From assembly GCA_001244265.2 (NCBI GenBank), contig CDLV01000006.1, forward strand, positions 1,984,001 through 2,048,000: 64,000 bases of DNA, read 5' to 3'. This document shows, in pieces, positions 1-10,444 of the stretch; position 1 is the first letter of the stretch; every line of letters begins with the position of its first letter. Below the pieces are notes generated by a model. That model did no database searches. It saw only the letters and a list, made by a program, of their open reading frames with translations, and was not told the DNA's origin. The DNA comes from Microbotryum violaceum (taxonomy: Eukaryota). The position numbers and the translations under genes were made by a program.

Positions 1-862
1 TCGCCATGCCGATCAGAATGTACAGGGCTTCGTTGCGCTCCGAAAGATTTGCCATCATCATGAACGTAGACTATGCAACCCGTCTAAACCGCTGACTCGC
101 AATGTTATCCCACGATTATTCCATCTCACCCATTGAGCTTCAAGTCCGGGTCGTGGGTGAGGAGGTGGTTCATGACATCTAGCACTCTAGCGTTTAATTT
201 TTTCTCTCATTTCCTTCATATGATTCACACTGTAGCATCCGCTTGATGTCTTTAGCCATGTAGATGTTGACACCAACTTCAAGTACAGCGTGAAAGAAAT
301 GTTGAGTGACTGCGAAATTACCTGCGTCGTGAATTCCGTCGGGATCCGTCAGTCTTTGCCGCACGTGGGCCAGGCCGATCCGACCTGCGTCGGCAAACAG
401 CGAATGAGAATGAAATCTGAATTTCAGCGAGTCTAAAAAGAGAGACGCTCGTATCGGGCGCTGGACCACATTGACTAGGAAAGGATTCTTCAATGTATGC
501 GCCGTCGCAGTCCGCCGTCTCTCCTCTCTTCGGCTTCCCATCCCCCCAAACACACTTTCTGGTTTATACAGTGTGAGTCCTTTAATCACTACGCTGGGCA
601 TCAATCGGCTGTACCCACTAGGTGCCAGCTGAGCACGGTTTCCAATGTGTCCCCCCATTGGTCCGTGCGCACTTGGCTCGTTTCTGGACCTTGCCGAGCA
701 ATCACGTGCACCCGCCTGAGGGTGAAGAAATCGGTGGATGCTCGGGTCCCGACTTTTTCGAACTTTTTTGAAGTGGGTTGTAATCACACACTTTCCGACT
801 ACATCAATCACGTTTGACTGTAACGGATTCCTCACTCTTGAGAATGGAAAAGTTGTATTCAC
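1..862 (-). CDS. possible hypothetical protein (partial, spliced; no recognisable domain)
   Basis: 222-aa ORF 194..862, followed by GT..AG-like signals and short possible exons near 1-190. No motif recognised. Confidence 0.2.
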
Positions 863-1042
863 AATGCAGGGTGGCTAAAGTGATTACAAGACAGAGAAGT
901 GTCCACTGGTGAACGATAGATCAACCATCGGCGCAAGCGCAAAACCGGCCAGCGAAAAAAACGAGGGGGTTTACCTATCTTACAACGACACACAAACGAG
1001 AGCGAATTGTACACGGAATGGCGACGAAAGAGAAAAGACAAT

Positions 1043-4000
1043 TTAAGTTGGTACACGACGAACGCTCGAAACGCCATTCCAGACCATGCTGTTCGCGAGA
1101 ACGGATTTTGCGATCATGGTCAGTAAGTTCGGCAGTCCCATCAGCCCACTCATGTCGATAAATAACTGACCGTTCAAGCCAGAACGCTAGCCCCTCACTA
1201 GCATGGCCTCCTGAACTACTCCCGAGTACCATTCCCTCACCCCACAGCGTGTTGTGCGTGACGTCGCTGGCGCCAAACTGGACTTGGAAAGGCGTGAAGT
1301 AGTGGTGGTGGCTGATCGGAGTGAGCAGCGTACCGCTCTACAATTGCACACGAGCAGGCATGAGGCTCAGTGGAACATAAATCCTCGCACTTTACCCGTT
1401 TCTAACTCACAATGAAACCCGTGAGGAAGACGGCAACCGAGTAGAGGCAGAACGTCAGGGACGACTCGAGAATTTGGGCCACGTAAGGCTTGGCGAAGCC
1501 CGGGAACACCTGCGAGTTGTGGAAAAGAATGACAACACAGGTAAGTTGCGAAGCAAGGTCAAATGGGTTCTGAAGCACGTACATTGATGAAGAGCTGAGG
1601 TGCTTGAATGGCAGCTTTGGTACCCATGCGAGACAAGTACCTCCCTGCTCGCCTTGGGCCAAAGTGTTCGCGCGCGAGCAGGGTCACGGCTTGTCGAGGC
1701 GAGGAGGTTGTGACCGTGCCCTTCTTGGTCGATTCGAGCGCACGATCGAAGTCGAGCAGATCGATTCCAAGCTCCTCCGCAAATTTGGCACGCAGTTCTC
1801 CATCCGTGAGTGGTGGAGTGGCGGCACGTGGTGGCGGGGTGACCGAAACCTCCTGGTCGATTAGGGGTGCGGCGACGAGTCGAACTTGAGCGCCCGACAG
1901 GTCGGTCTGAACGTCCATGGCTCGAACTTCTGTAAGATCCGTCTGTGTTTCGATTTCGGCGAGAACGATCGATTGCTGGAGGCGTTGCACAAATGGTCCG
2001 GGGCCCGTCAAGGTGCCACTGCGTTTCTTCGTCTTCTTCTTGTGCTGTAGGAACACCCAGCTTTGTACGTCAGTGCCAGAGACCTTGGAGATTTTCAGAT
2101 CAGGAAGCTGACCCACAATCGTTCGATGAGTCGTCACGACCGTCTCGTTGACTTCATCGCTATCCTCAGCCTCGTCACTCTCCCCACTGTCCTTCTCTGC
2201 TTCCATCCTTGCAGCCATCGCTTCCTGCGCGAGATTGCGCGCGAGCTCCTTGCCTAGACTTCGACTCATCGAGTTCATGCTCCCGCGATCGGGCGAGCCT
2301 GACATGCCTCCTTCGAGGAATCCACTCTTGCGATTCGAAGATTGCATCTCTTCGAGATCGAAGCGTAAGCGATCGATCGTCTCTTTCAAGACAAGCTGAG
2401 GAGGAAAGCAGGAGCTTCAGGGTCTGGCCTAAAACACACGGTAGCTTCTTGGAAATGATTGACTCACGTTCTCTTGTTTCTGCGCATCGAGTGTGTCCTG
2501 AGCTTGACTGGCGAGCCTAAGGTCCGCTTCGAGCCTCGAAATGGCCCCTTGCAAGATCTCGCGATCTCGCTCGAGTTGCTGGGCCTGCAAAGATTGCGCA
2601 TGAGCCGTTTCCTCGGCCGCTCGGTTCTCCTGTGTGCGCCCAGCTGGTTGTCAACTGTGTGTCAGACGGGACAGCACCTAGAGTTTCCTTGAACGCACCC
2701 TTCGCGTCTCAGCCACGAGCGACCTGAGCTTCTCCGCCTCTTCGCACTGATCGAGGTAGTTGCGTTTCATCGAGTCGTACGACTCGCGCGCCTTCTCCAA
2801 TGCCTTGGTCATCTTGGCCACTTCCCCTTCGAGCGCCGAGATCTGCTGCAGGTGCTGGCGTTCGTTTGAGCGCAGGTCCTTCTCTTCACGTCGTTTGGCG
2901 ACGAGTTCGGTGCGCATCTCTTCAAGGCGACCTTCGAGCTCGTTGATTTGTTCTTCGTACGAGGAGGCGCTCGTCGAGAGTCGATCTTCCAACTCTTTGT
3001 GCTTCTTGCTCAGTCTGTCACAGCAGAAGATTGGGAATATCAGCCTCATCCAACTCTAGACCTGAGTTTGGGGACTCACTCCGTCGCATATTGCCACATG
3101 CCCTGCGTCGTCTGGGGATCGTTGCGACCGGTGAAAGGTGATGCGTCGTGCAAATCCGCGAGTTGGAAATCACCTCCCAAACCCATGCCTTCCACTTGGA
3201 AGATGCTTCCCGGACGACTGGGGCCCGAACTCGACGAGGCCGATGATGCATCGCGTTGCACGCGATACGAAAGCGGCGTCTCGGGACTGCCCGGAGCTTC
3301 ACCGAAGAAGCGCATGGAAATGACCGAGGGCTCGTGCTCGTCTTCGTGCCTGATTGGTGAGATCGGAGCCGAGTAGTAGCTCGTCGTGTCGATCGTCGAG
3401 ACGGGAGGGGAAGTCATCGAAGGGGATAGAGGACGTTCGCTCGGTGTGGTTGAGGAGCGTCGACTCAAAGATCGTTCGGACCCATCCGTTGGCGTCGAGC
3501 TGCGATTCCTCGAACGGACAAAGGAGGTTCCTTCCAACATTGTCGTCGGAGTCGGACTGCGAGCCAAGGAGGCGGGGCTCAAGGATCCGGATCGAAGACC
3601 TGATTCATTAGGGCTCCTAGCCTCCAGAGAACCTGAAGACGATGTGCTCTTGTTAAGATCCTCACTGGGCCGACGACGACGCGAGGGAGCGATGGGTCGA
3701 GCATGCCGGACCGAGTTAGTCGAGCTGTCGAGGCTTCCTCGAGCAGACGAACCGGGTCGATGTCCCAAAGGCTCGAGTGGGGTCGTGCGTTGAATGTACG
3801 AAAGGGAAGAGGTCGAGTGGCCTTCTGCCACCAGACTCAGGATAGGCTCGGACGCCGAAGGTGGTATTTTGAAACCGCGCGGGGCGGTGGGTGAGGACGA
3901 GCGCGACAAGGCTCCATCAGGACTTGCGATTCGCTCTGCTTCGGGCGAGTTGGCACGGGGGGAAGGCGGATTCGACAACTCACCAGTGCCTTCCAGTTCG

Positions 4001-6122
4001 GTCGGTGAAGATGAGCTGATACCAGATGACTCGGCCCCTCCCAAAGCCTTGCTGACTTCCTCCGGTAGCGAATTCGAGTTGTGCTTCGAAGCCAGGGCCG
4101 CAAGTCGTCGCTCGTCCTCGGCCGTCGACTCCGGTTCAGCAAGCGAGGCAGAACTGATGACGCCTCGGACGGCATCTCGGAACGCCGAAGCCGGCGTCGT
4201 CTCGGCGAGCACACGTTCTAGCAAGGGCTTCTTGTACTTCTTGGTGTACGCCTTTTGCACGAGCGCAAATCTCGGTCGGTTCCAATGCAGTCGAACGAGG
4301 CGCCAGGCGAACATGTCGTTCCTCGCGCCGGGCCCCTTGATCGCCGCTTCGAGCGACTTTGCATCGCGCCACACCCCTGGGCCTTCATCATCGTTCTTGC
4401 CATTTTCAACGGCGTGAAGCAGGAGCTTTGCGAGGGCCGGTGCAGCCGTTGAGTAAACCTGCTTGATCGACTGCGACAACGACTGGGGATGACTTCGGTA
4501 CTCAAGTGCCAGAGCATGGACATGCGCCGGTGAGCGCGCAAGAATAATCTTGGTTACGAAATCGCTATTGCCCCCCTTACGCAAGCCGACTTTGAGCATA
4601 TCGAGGTCGTTGTTGAGCAGTTCCTTGCGTTGCTCGGGGCTAAGGACGCTGTTGCCCTCTTCGTCGGTATCCTCCCATTTGGCCTGGAGGACAATCTCCC
4701 ACGCCTTCTTGAGCTTGGTGTTGGACGTCGCCGAGGCCAAGACCGCAGCATCGAGCGTCTTGTGTCGAGATCCGATCGAAGCCGTTGTCGCCGGCGTCGC
4801 GTTGGCGGCCGAAGAGCGAAAACGGTACGCGGCTCGGAGCAAAGCGACATCCGAAGGTGGCCGAGCCACTAGTAGATCGATGAGCAGGGACTGAGATACA
4901 GAACGGATGCCATAAGCAAAGCGTGCGAGGGTAGCATGAGGCTGTTCTGCAAACTGACAGTGTTGGTGGTACTACCTTCCAGGGCTCGACTGAGCAGATG
5001 AACGTCAAAATTGAGTGGTCCCATGATCAAACCTCGTAAGGCGTATTCGACTGCAAGTTCGGTCGACACCAACTAGGGTCAGCTCCGAATCGAGTCCTTC
5101 GGAACGAGGCCCGAACTTACGTTCCCCCTTGAGCCCCTTTGAGGTCGATACGTAGTCCAGCAGGGTGGCGCCGAACTTTTTCTCATAAGCTCGGTCGATT
5201 GCTCTAATTTGCGGCCAGGTCAAGCTGGACAGTGTTGTTGCCAACTCCTTGTCTCGGCCCTGCATGTTGCGACACATGAATGAGCCACTGATCTCGAGCT
5301 GATGAGTTCCAACTAGGACGGAGCATGACTGACGATGGCCTGTGAGCGAATCGCCGTCCGGATCGATTCGACTTTGCCATTGACGTCAAGCGACCCAACC
5401 GCTCCATCGAGAGGTACACCGAGGTATGTCCCACCTCTCGCCGCAACCAAGTCGGCTAATTCATGCTGCTGCGCCGTCAACGTTGCCGCCGAAGCTTTTG
5501 AGACGTCAAGTCCACTCGGAGTCGATGAGCGAGCGGGAGAGGCGCCGAACGACAGTTTGCCAGCAAGGAAGGAGCGCTTCTTCTTGATCGCAGATCGATT
5601 GAGGGGCGAGCTGGGCAGTGATGAGGTATCGGATTGGGTGCGGGTCGAATCGGCCCTGCGCCGAGGTGCAGGACTGCCATCGGCGATCGAGTCGAACGGA
5701 TCCGGCTGGAGCAAACCGAGGGCGACGGCTGACGAAGTGGGTGAGCTCGATCGAAGTGCAGTGTCACCGCTGTCCGAATCGAGCTGAACTTCGGTCGTAG
5801 AAGTAACGTTGCCGCTGTGGCGTCCGTCGTTCGTCCCATCGTCTGCCGGTGTGGTCGAAGCGCTGGCGGCGGAAGCGGCGATGAACGAGATGAGCATGTC
5901 GACGCCGACGCGTTGCTCCGGCATCTGCGCCGCGAATGCCCTCAGCTTGTCCTTCTCATCCTCCTGCAATAAGACCGTACCTCGTTGCTCCTCGAAGGTA
6001 TCGATCAGTTGGGGTAGGACCGCGAGGGGTATCGTCCTTTGCATCGGGTCAACCTCGGCGCCGTCATGGGGCTCATCGGACGCGGACGAATACGTCGCAA
6101 AGAGGTTGGCGATTTGGTCCAT
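1043..6122 (-). CDS. multi-exon protein: EF-hand-like N-terminus + annexin core + Ser-rich linker + coiled coil + C-terminal TM + tail ending RRVPT* (Kms1/KASH-like)
   Basis: ORFs 5313..6356, 5005..5277, 4869..5072, 3076..4869, 2678..3049, 1559..2389, 1402..1662 and 975..1232 join in frame through GT-AG introns (e.g. 5333-5260, 1170-1089). Annexin-type segments: QIRAIDRAYEKKFGATL, GLIMGPLNFDVHLLSRALEG, WRDAKSLEAAIKGPG, RLVRLHWNRPRF..YTKKYKKPLLERV. Coiled coil QKQENLVLKETIDRLRFDLEEM. TM LTFCLYSVAVFLTGFI. Stop TAA 1043-1045. The true start may lie in an upstream exon. Confidence 0.75.
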
Positions 6123-7163
6123 CAGCTCGGCTGCGCTGCGACGGTTCTGTAGGCGCACAAGGGCGTGAGGCGAGATATTGAGATTAGACACAAGATCTGA
6201 TTCGATCTTGAGACGGCATGGAGGTGTGTTTCGCCTCTGGGTGAGGCTCGCGTGGTGGTGGTGGTGGTGGTGGTGTCGGTAAACGAGATCGATGAACTGG
6301 AGCGGCGCGGCGCGCGAGCGCGTGACCTCTCGCGCGTGTTTTGTCAACCCATCCACAAGCCCACGACGCGGCGCTGCTGGTGGCAGTGGGGGTGGGGGGC
6401 GACTCGAAGAAGAGAAGCAACACTGTCACTTGGGAGGGGACTCACAGGTGTAGCAGCTGCAGCACGATTGTCGCGAAGAGGCGTTTGCTGTCAAAAAGAA
6501 ATGCAAGTAGACACAGCGAGTCAAGTCATTGATGTCCCGAGTCGATGAGACCCAGTTGGACGAGGAGGAAAGGAGGTAGAAAACTCGAAATAGCAGCCGA
6601 AGTGGCGCGGCGCTTTTCGGGCCAAGACGAAGCCGGCCGGCGTCTCCACCACACCGTGAACGCGTGACTTACGACCATGTTTTCGAAACAAAACAAAAAT
6701 CTCGGACTAGACTGAGAAACATGAGGTCAGAGCTCGATACTATGGAGCAATCCTGTTCGAGGCTGCCAAGACTCACGTTTCCGTCCCCGACGAATTCGGG
6801 TCGGCCGCGCTTGGACCGCCTCAGCCTCGCGTGCGGATGGGATGGACGAACGAGTCAAGTCGATCCGGGGGAAAAGCCGATTACGATCGTACGGTAGTTC
6901 GAGTGGAAGGGATGGTGGTGGGTGATGGGCAGGACAGAGGACAAAGGGAGCAAGGCTCGCTGGCACTAAACACTGACCACAGTCGTCGTCGGTCGTTCAC
7001 CCAGCGGCCCGAGCGGAATTCAGCACAGGCCCCTGAGTCTCGTTCAGCAGCAAATAACGGGCCTCCTGGCTCTCTCCGGCGGACCAGCTCAGAAGTTTTC
7101 AATAACTCGAGTCCAAGAGTCCCAAGAGTATACAAGTTGCAACACATTCGGTTAACTGACTAC

Positions 7164-8138
7164 CTACCAACCCGCGGCGCGTAATCTCTCCATCTCTTGC
7201 TCGACCAGACTGGCCTTGTCGCTCTTTCTCTCCTCGCGACTCTTCATGACGTTCTTCCTGATCTTCAAGCCTGTCGGTAACCTGTCCGCCGATCGACCAT
7301 CGCCCGGCGTCTCCAAATCCTCCGCATTGGCCCCACCTTCGTCGACGAGCTTCTTGAGCTTCTCGAGTTCCGCCTTGGAGCGCGACGCACCGCGGTACCT
7401 CGGCGACGAGACGCCGTACCTTTGCCCGTCACCGATCTGGAGCATCTTGCGATCCCTCATCGCTTCCATTCGGTCGCGCTCAAAGTGCTCGTTCAACCAC
7501 GTGCGGCTGCGTTCCTCGGGGTACCAAAAGGGCTCAGTCATGGTGACGATCACCTTCTTGTAATTCTTGGCCCCGCCGCCCCTCGAGTAGCCGCCGCCGA
7601 TCGGGTTGCGCTTCATCTTGGACAGATAATTGATCGTGCGCAACGAGGTGATAGTCAGGCCGTAGACGTTGCGCAGGTAGTTTGAGATGTCCGGTTTGGA
7701 CAGCCGCAGATCGGTGCGGAAGGTCGCGGTGTAAGGGTCGTTGGCGTGCACGCCTGTGTTGCGCACCAGGCGGACGAAGACGCTCGGGAGGTAGATCTTG
7801 ACCTCGCCCTGTTCGGCGAACTCGACACCATCCCGGATTGGGTTCAACGACTTGCGCACCTTGAACGGGGTGCGACCCTTCACGCGGGACGAGTGCTTCG
7901 AGTAGCGCGGTGCGGGCGGTTGTCGGACCTTGGGCGGGACAACGTAAGGATTCTTGTTCTTCTTCTTGGACACGGTCGCAGTATTGAGTACTGTCGTAGG
8001 GGCGTCGTAGGACGAGCTGACGACGGTGGCCAACGATCTGCAGCGCGGCATGATCATGGTCGTGGACGAGGTCGAGGCAGTCGCACTGGACGAGCTGATC
8101 TGCAGCCTCTTGAAGGCGGTACGAAGTGTAGCTTGCAT
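7164..8138 (-). CDS. MRP20: mitochondrial large-subunit ribosomal protein uL23m
   Basis: Intronless 324-aa ORF with an Arg/Ser-rich presequence and an L23 core (IYLPSVFVRLVRN, LSKPDISNYLRNVYGL, NYKKVIVTMTEPFWYP). Confidence 0.9.
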   Translation of the reverse strand: MQATLRTAFKRLQISSSSATASTSSTTMIMPRCRSLATVVSSSYDAPTTVLNTATVSKKKNKNPYVVPPKVRQPPAPRYSKHSSRVKGRTPFKVRKSLNPIRDGVEFAEQGEVKIYLPSVFVRLVRNTGVHANDPYTATFRTDLRLSKPDISNYLRNVYGLTITSLRTINYLSKMKRNPIGGGYSRGGGAKNYKKVIVTMTEPFWYPEERSRTWLNEHFERDRMEAMRDRKMLQIGDGQRYGVSSPRYRGASRSKAELEKLKKLVDEGGANAEDLETPGDGRSADRLPTGLKIRKNVMKSREERKSDKASLVEQEMERLRAAGW

Positions 8139-8605
8139 GCTGTGGCTAGACGGTCGCTCGGTTGAAGGGAACGGAGGTGCGACGAGAGAGCGCGCGGAGG
8201 AAAAGTGACTTGACTCTCACGATCAAACTTCGAGGAGGGGCGTGTGACGAGCCTTTATCGTCTATGCGCCAAGGTGCGGAGTTTGGTTCGAATCGAGAGC
8301 GTGTCTGCTGCCCCGTGGTTAAGTCGAGTCAGGCCGAGGATGAGAGGTCAGAGTCAAAACGGATTCCTGTCGGCTCGCAGTGCACTCTGACGACTTCGCG
8401 CGCTCCCGTCAGCAGCCGTCAGCTCCCGCGTGCCAGCCCGTGCCAAAAATGGCTGAGCATGGCTGAGCATGGCTGAGCCTGGCTGGGCGCTTGGTCGCTC
8501 GTCGAGCGTCTCGTGTCGGCCAAGTAATTCGCCGAACAGTCTCCGACTGAACGACGTTTGTGCCGATCTGTATTGATGAACATAAATAATATATAATAAA
8601 TGGCT

Positions 8606-8757
8606 TTGGTTTGGGCTTGGGGGCGAATTCCCTCACGACACGGCCCCGCGAAGAAACCGGCGACCCAACCGGCGCAGATTGCGCCGCCGCGAGCGAGGCC
8701 GAGAAGGGGGGGAATACAGGGGGTTGAAGGGAGAGCTCGCCCCCCAGCCCAAACCAA
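8606..8757. repeat. 21-bp inverted repeat at the 3' end of the YR retroelement
   Basis: TTGGTTTGGGCTTGGGGGCGA (8606-8626) pairs with TCGCCCCCCAGCCCAAACCAA (8737-8757), one mismatch. Confidence 0.8.
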
Positions 8758-8911
8758 GCGAGTTCATAAGTGATTTCGATATCCCATATTTCACAAAGAA
8801 GACCACTGCCATCATGCAACGGCGGAGCGTATTAGGGGACGGGCGGAGACACGGTCAACGCGAAGAGACCTGAGCTGAGCGTAGAGGAGCGCAGGATGAG
8901 CAGGAGGCAAG

Positions 8912-9607
8912 TCACAGATCGCCCTCCGCACTTGCGAGCTCGTCAAACGCAATCTCAAACTCCTCTGATTGATCGTAGGCTTGAACCAAAAGTGCACCTC
9001 CTGGCGAGCTAAGCTGAGAAACATCGCCTGACATTGCGCGGGCCGCGATGAGATTGACTTGGCGCCAGTACCGTTCGAATGAGTTGCTCTTCCAGCGACC
9101 AATAACTTTCACTGTTTCCGGTGGAATCCCCTCGAGAAGGTAAAGGGTGGCGCCACCGATACGGAAGGAGTGACCGGATATGGGCGGACGATCCGCTGCC
9201 TTCAAGGTTTGATTCACACGCGAGAGGAACCGGGATCGAGTTAACGGAACCCATCGTCCCTTAGATTGGTAGGAGAAAAGCGGTTGATCTTGCGGAGGGT
9301 TCGTTTGCAGGTGAAACGAAAGCAGGTTATAGGGGCAGGGACCTTTTCCCGATTGCGGTACGATGGTGATGAAGACACCTTGATGACGTTGTACCTTGTC
9401 GAACGGTAGGTGAAGCTCGAATCGAGATCCCACACGGAGAGCAGAGATCGAGGGATACATCCTGACGATGAAACCAGGGTACTCAACGGAAAAGCAGGGA
9501 GTCACCAGAGTAAGCTGAGAACACACACAGCACGAAGCAACAAGGAGGAAAGAAAAACGGAGAAACCCAGAAGAAAGAGCAACAACCCGTGAGAGCTCCG
9601 AGTCCAT
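8912..9607 (-). pseudogene. tyrosine recombinase ORF of the YR retroelement (5'-truncated or frameshifted)
   Basis: Catalytic motifs GFLR, HLPFDK, GHSFRIGGAT, GRWKS and FERYWR. Confidence 0.85.
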
Positions 9608-10243
9608 ACGAGGACGGCCAGCGGAGTCTGAGGAGGCTAAAACGTGAAGTGCGGTATGGGCCGATAGCCTGCAATCGCACGCTGCATCGGATGCTCCAGA
9701 TCAAAGTTGAAAGGAAGAGGATGAGAGGGAAGTAAAATGTTTCGAGAGACAATGTCCGCAGGGTTAGATGCGGTATGGAGATAGTCGACGACGAAAGACA
9801 CATCATGAGTTGCCTCGAGTTGGCGTAAGTACTCGAACGATTTATTGATCCAACGATTCGTCGACCTCCCTTTCCTCCAACTATAGAGGACGCCTGTGCT
9901 GTCGCAACGAATCAAAAGCCTATCATGACGAAAATTGAGTGCGGTGAGCGCTCTCGACGGCCCAGGTTTCCGCGACGGTGATGTGCGCATCCCGAAGTTC
10001 TTCCCAGTTCGACGGCAACGGGAAAACGCTCGTACGCGAATCGATGACGATACCAAGGGCTATTTCACTGGCATCGGAGGAAGCGTCAACATGATGGGAG
10101 GGCGGTTTCAGTGCGAAGCAATACACAAGGTTGTTTGCGTCCCCAAGAAACTCCTTCCCTTCGGAAAGCTCCTGCCGGACATTGTGGAGCGCCCGAACTC
10201 TGGTGCATGCGTTTGGGAAACAAGTGAAACGATGGGTCCAGTC

Positions 10244-10432
10244 TGTTAGAAGTGGGGTCTGAGAGCCTAACTCATTGCTATTAGTCTTGGTTAATACTTT
10301 ATTCTGCGCGCGCGCCTATCTTTGTCTTTGCGTCTTTTTTCCTTCTGGGTTCCTTCTCCACGCTATTCTCATCATCTCACTCGTGTATCTCGGAGCTGAG
10401 TCGTGGAGTACCTCTTAGTCCTTGTTGCAACA
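10244..10432 (+). repeat. 5' LTR
   Basis: TGTTAGAAGTGGGG...TTGCAACA; direct repeat of 13995-14183. Confidence 0.97.
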
Positions 10433-10444
10433 GGTTATGAGCTC
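10433..10444 (+). promoter_or_regulatory. Copia primer-binding site (half-tRNA-iMet type), overlapping the gag ATG at 10437
   Basis: GGTTATGAGCTC immediately after the 5' LTR, resembling the GGTTATG(A/G)GCCC PBS of copia-type elements. Confidence 0.7.

Noticed and set aside
8450-8485. GCATGGCTGA tandem repeat as a regulatory element
   Set aside because: Only about three short copies; similar slippage repeats occur elsewhere (45923-45990) with no functional evidence.
8912-9607. Phage integrase or bacterial horizontal transfer
   Set aside because: It is collinear with gag-, RT- and RNase H-like remnants, which is the normal layout of a YR retrotransposon.
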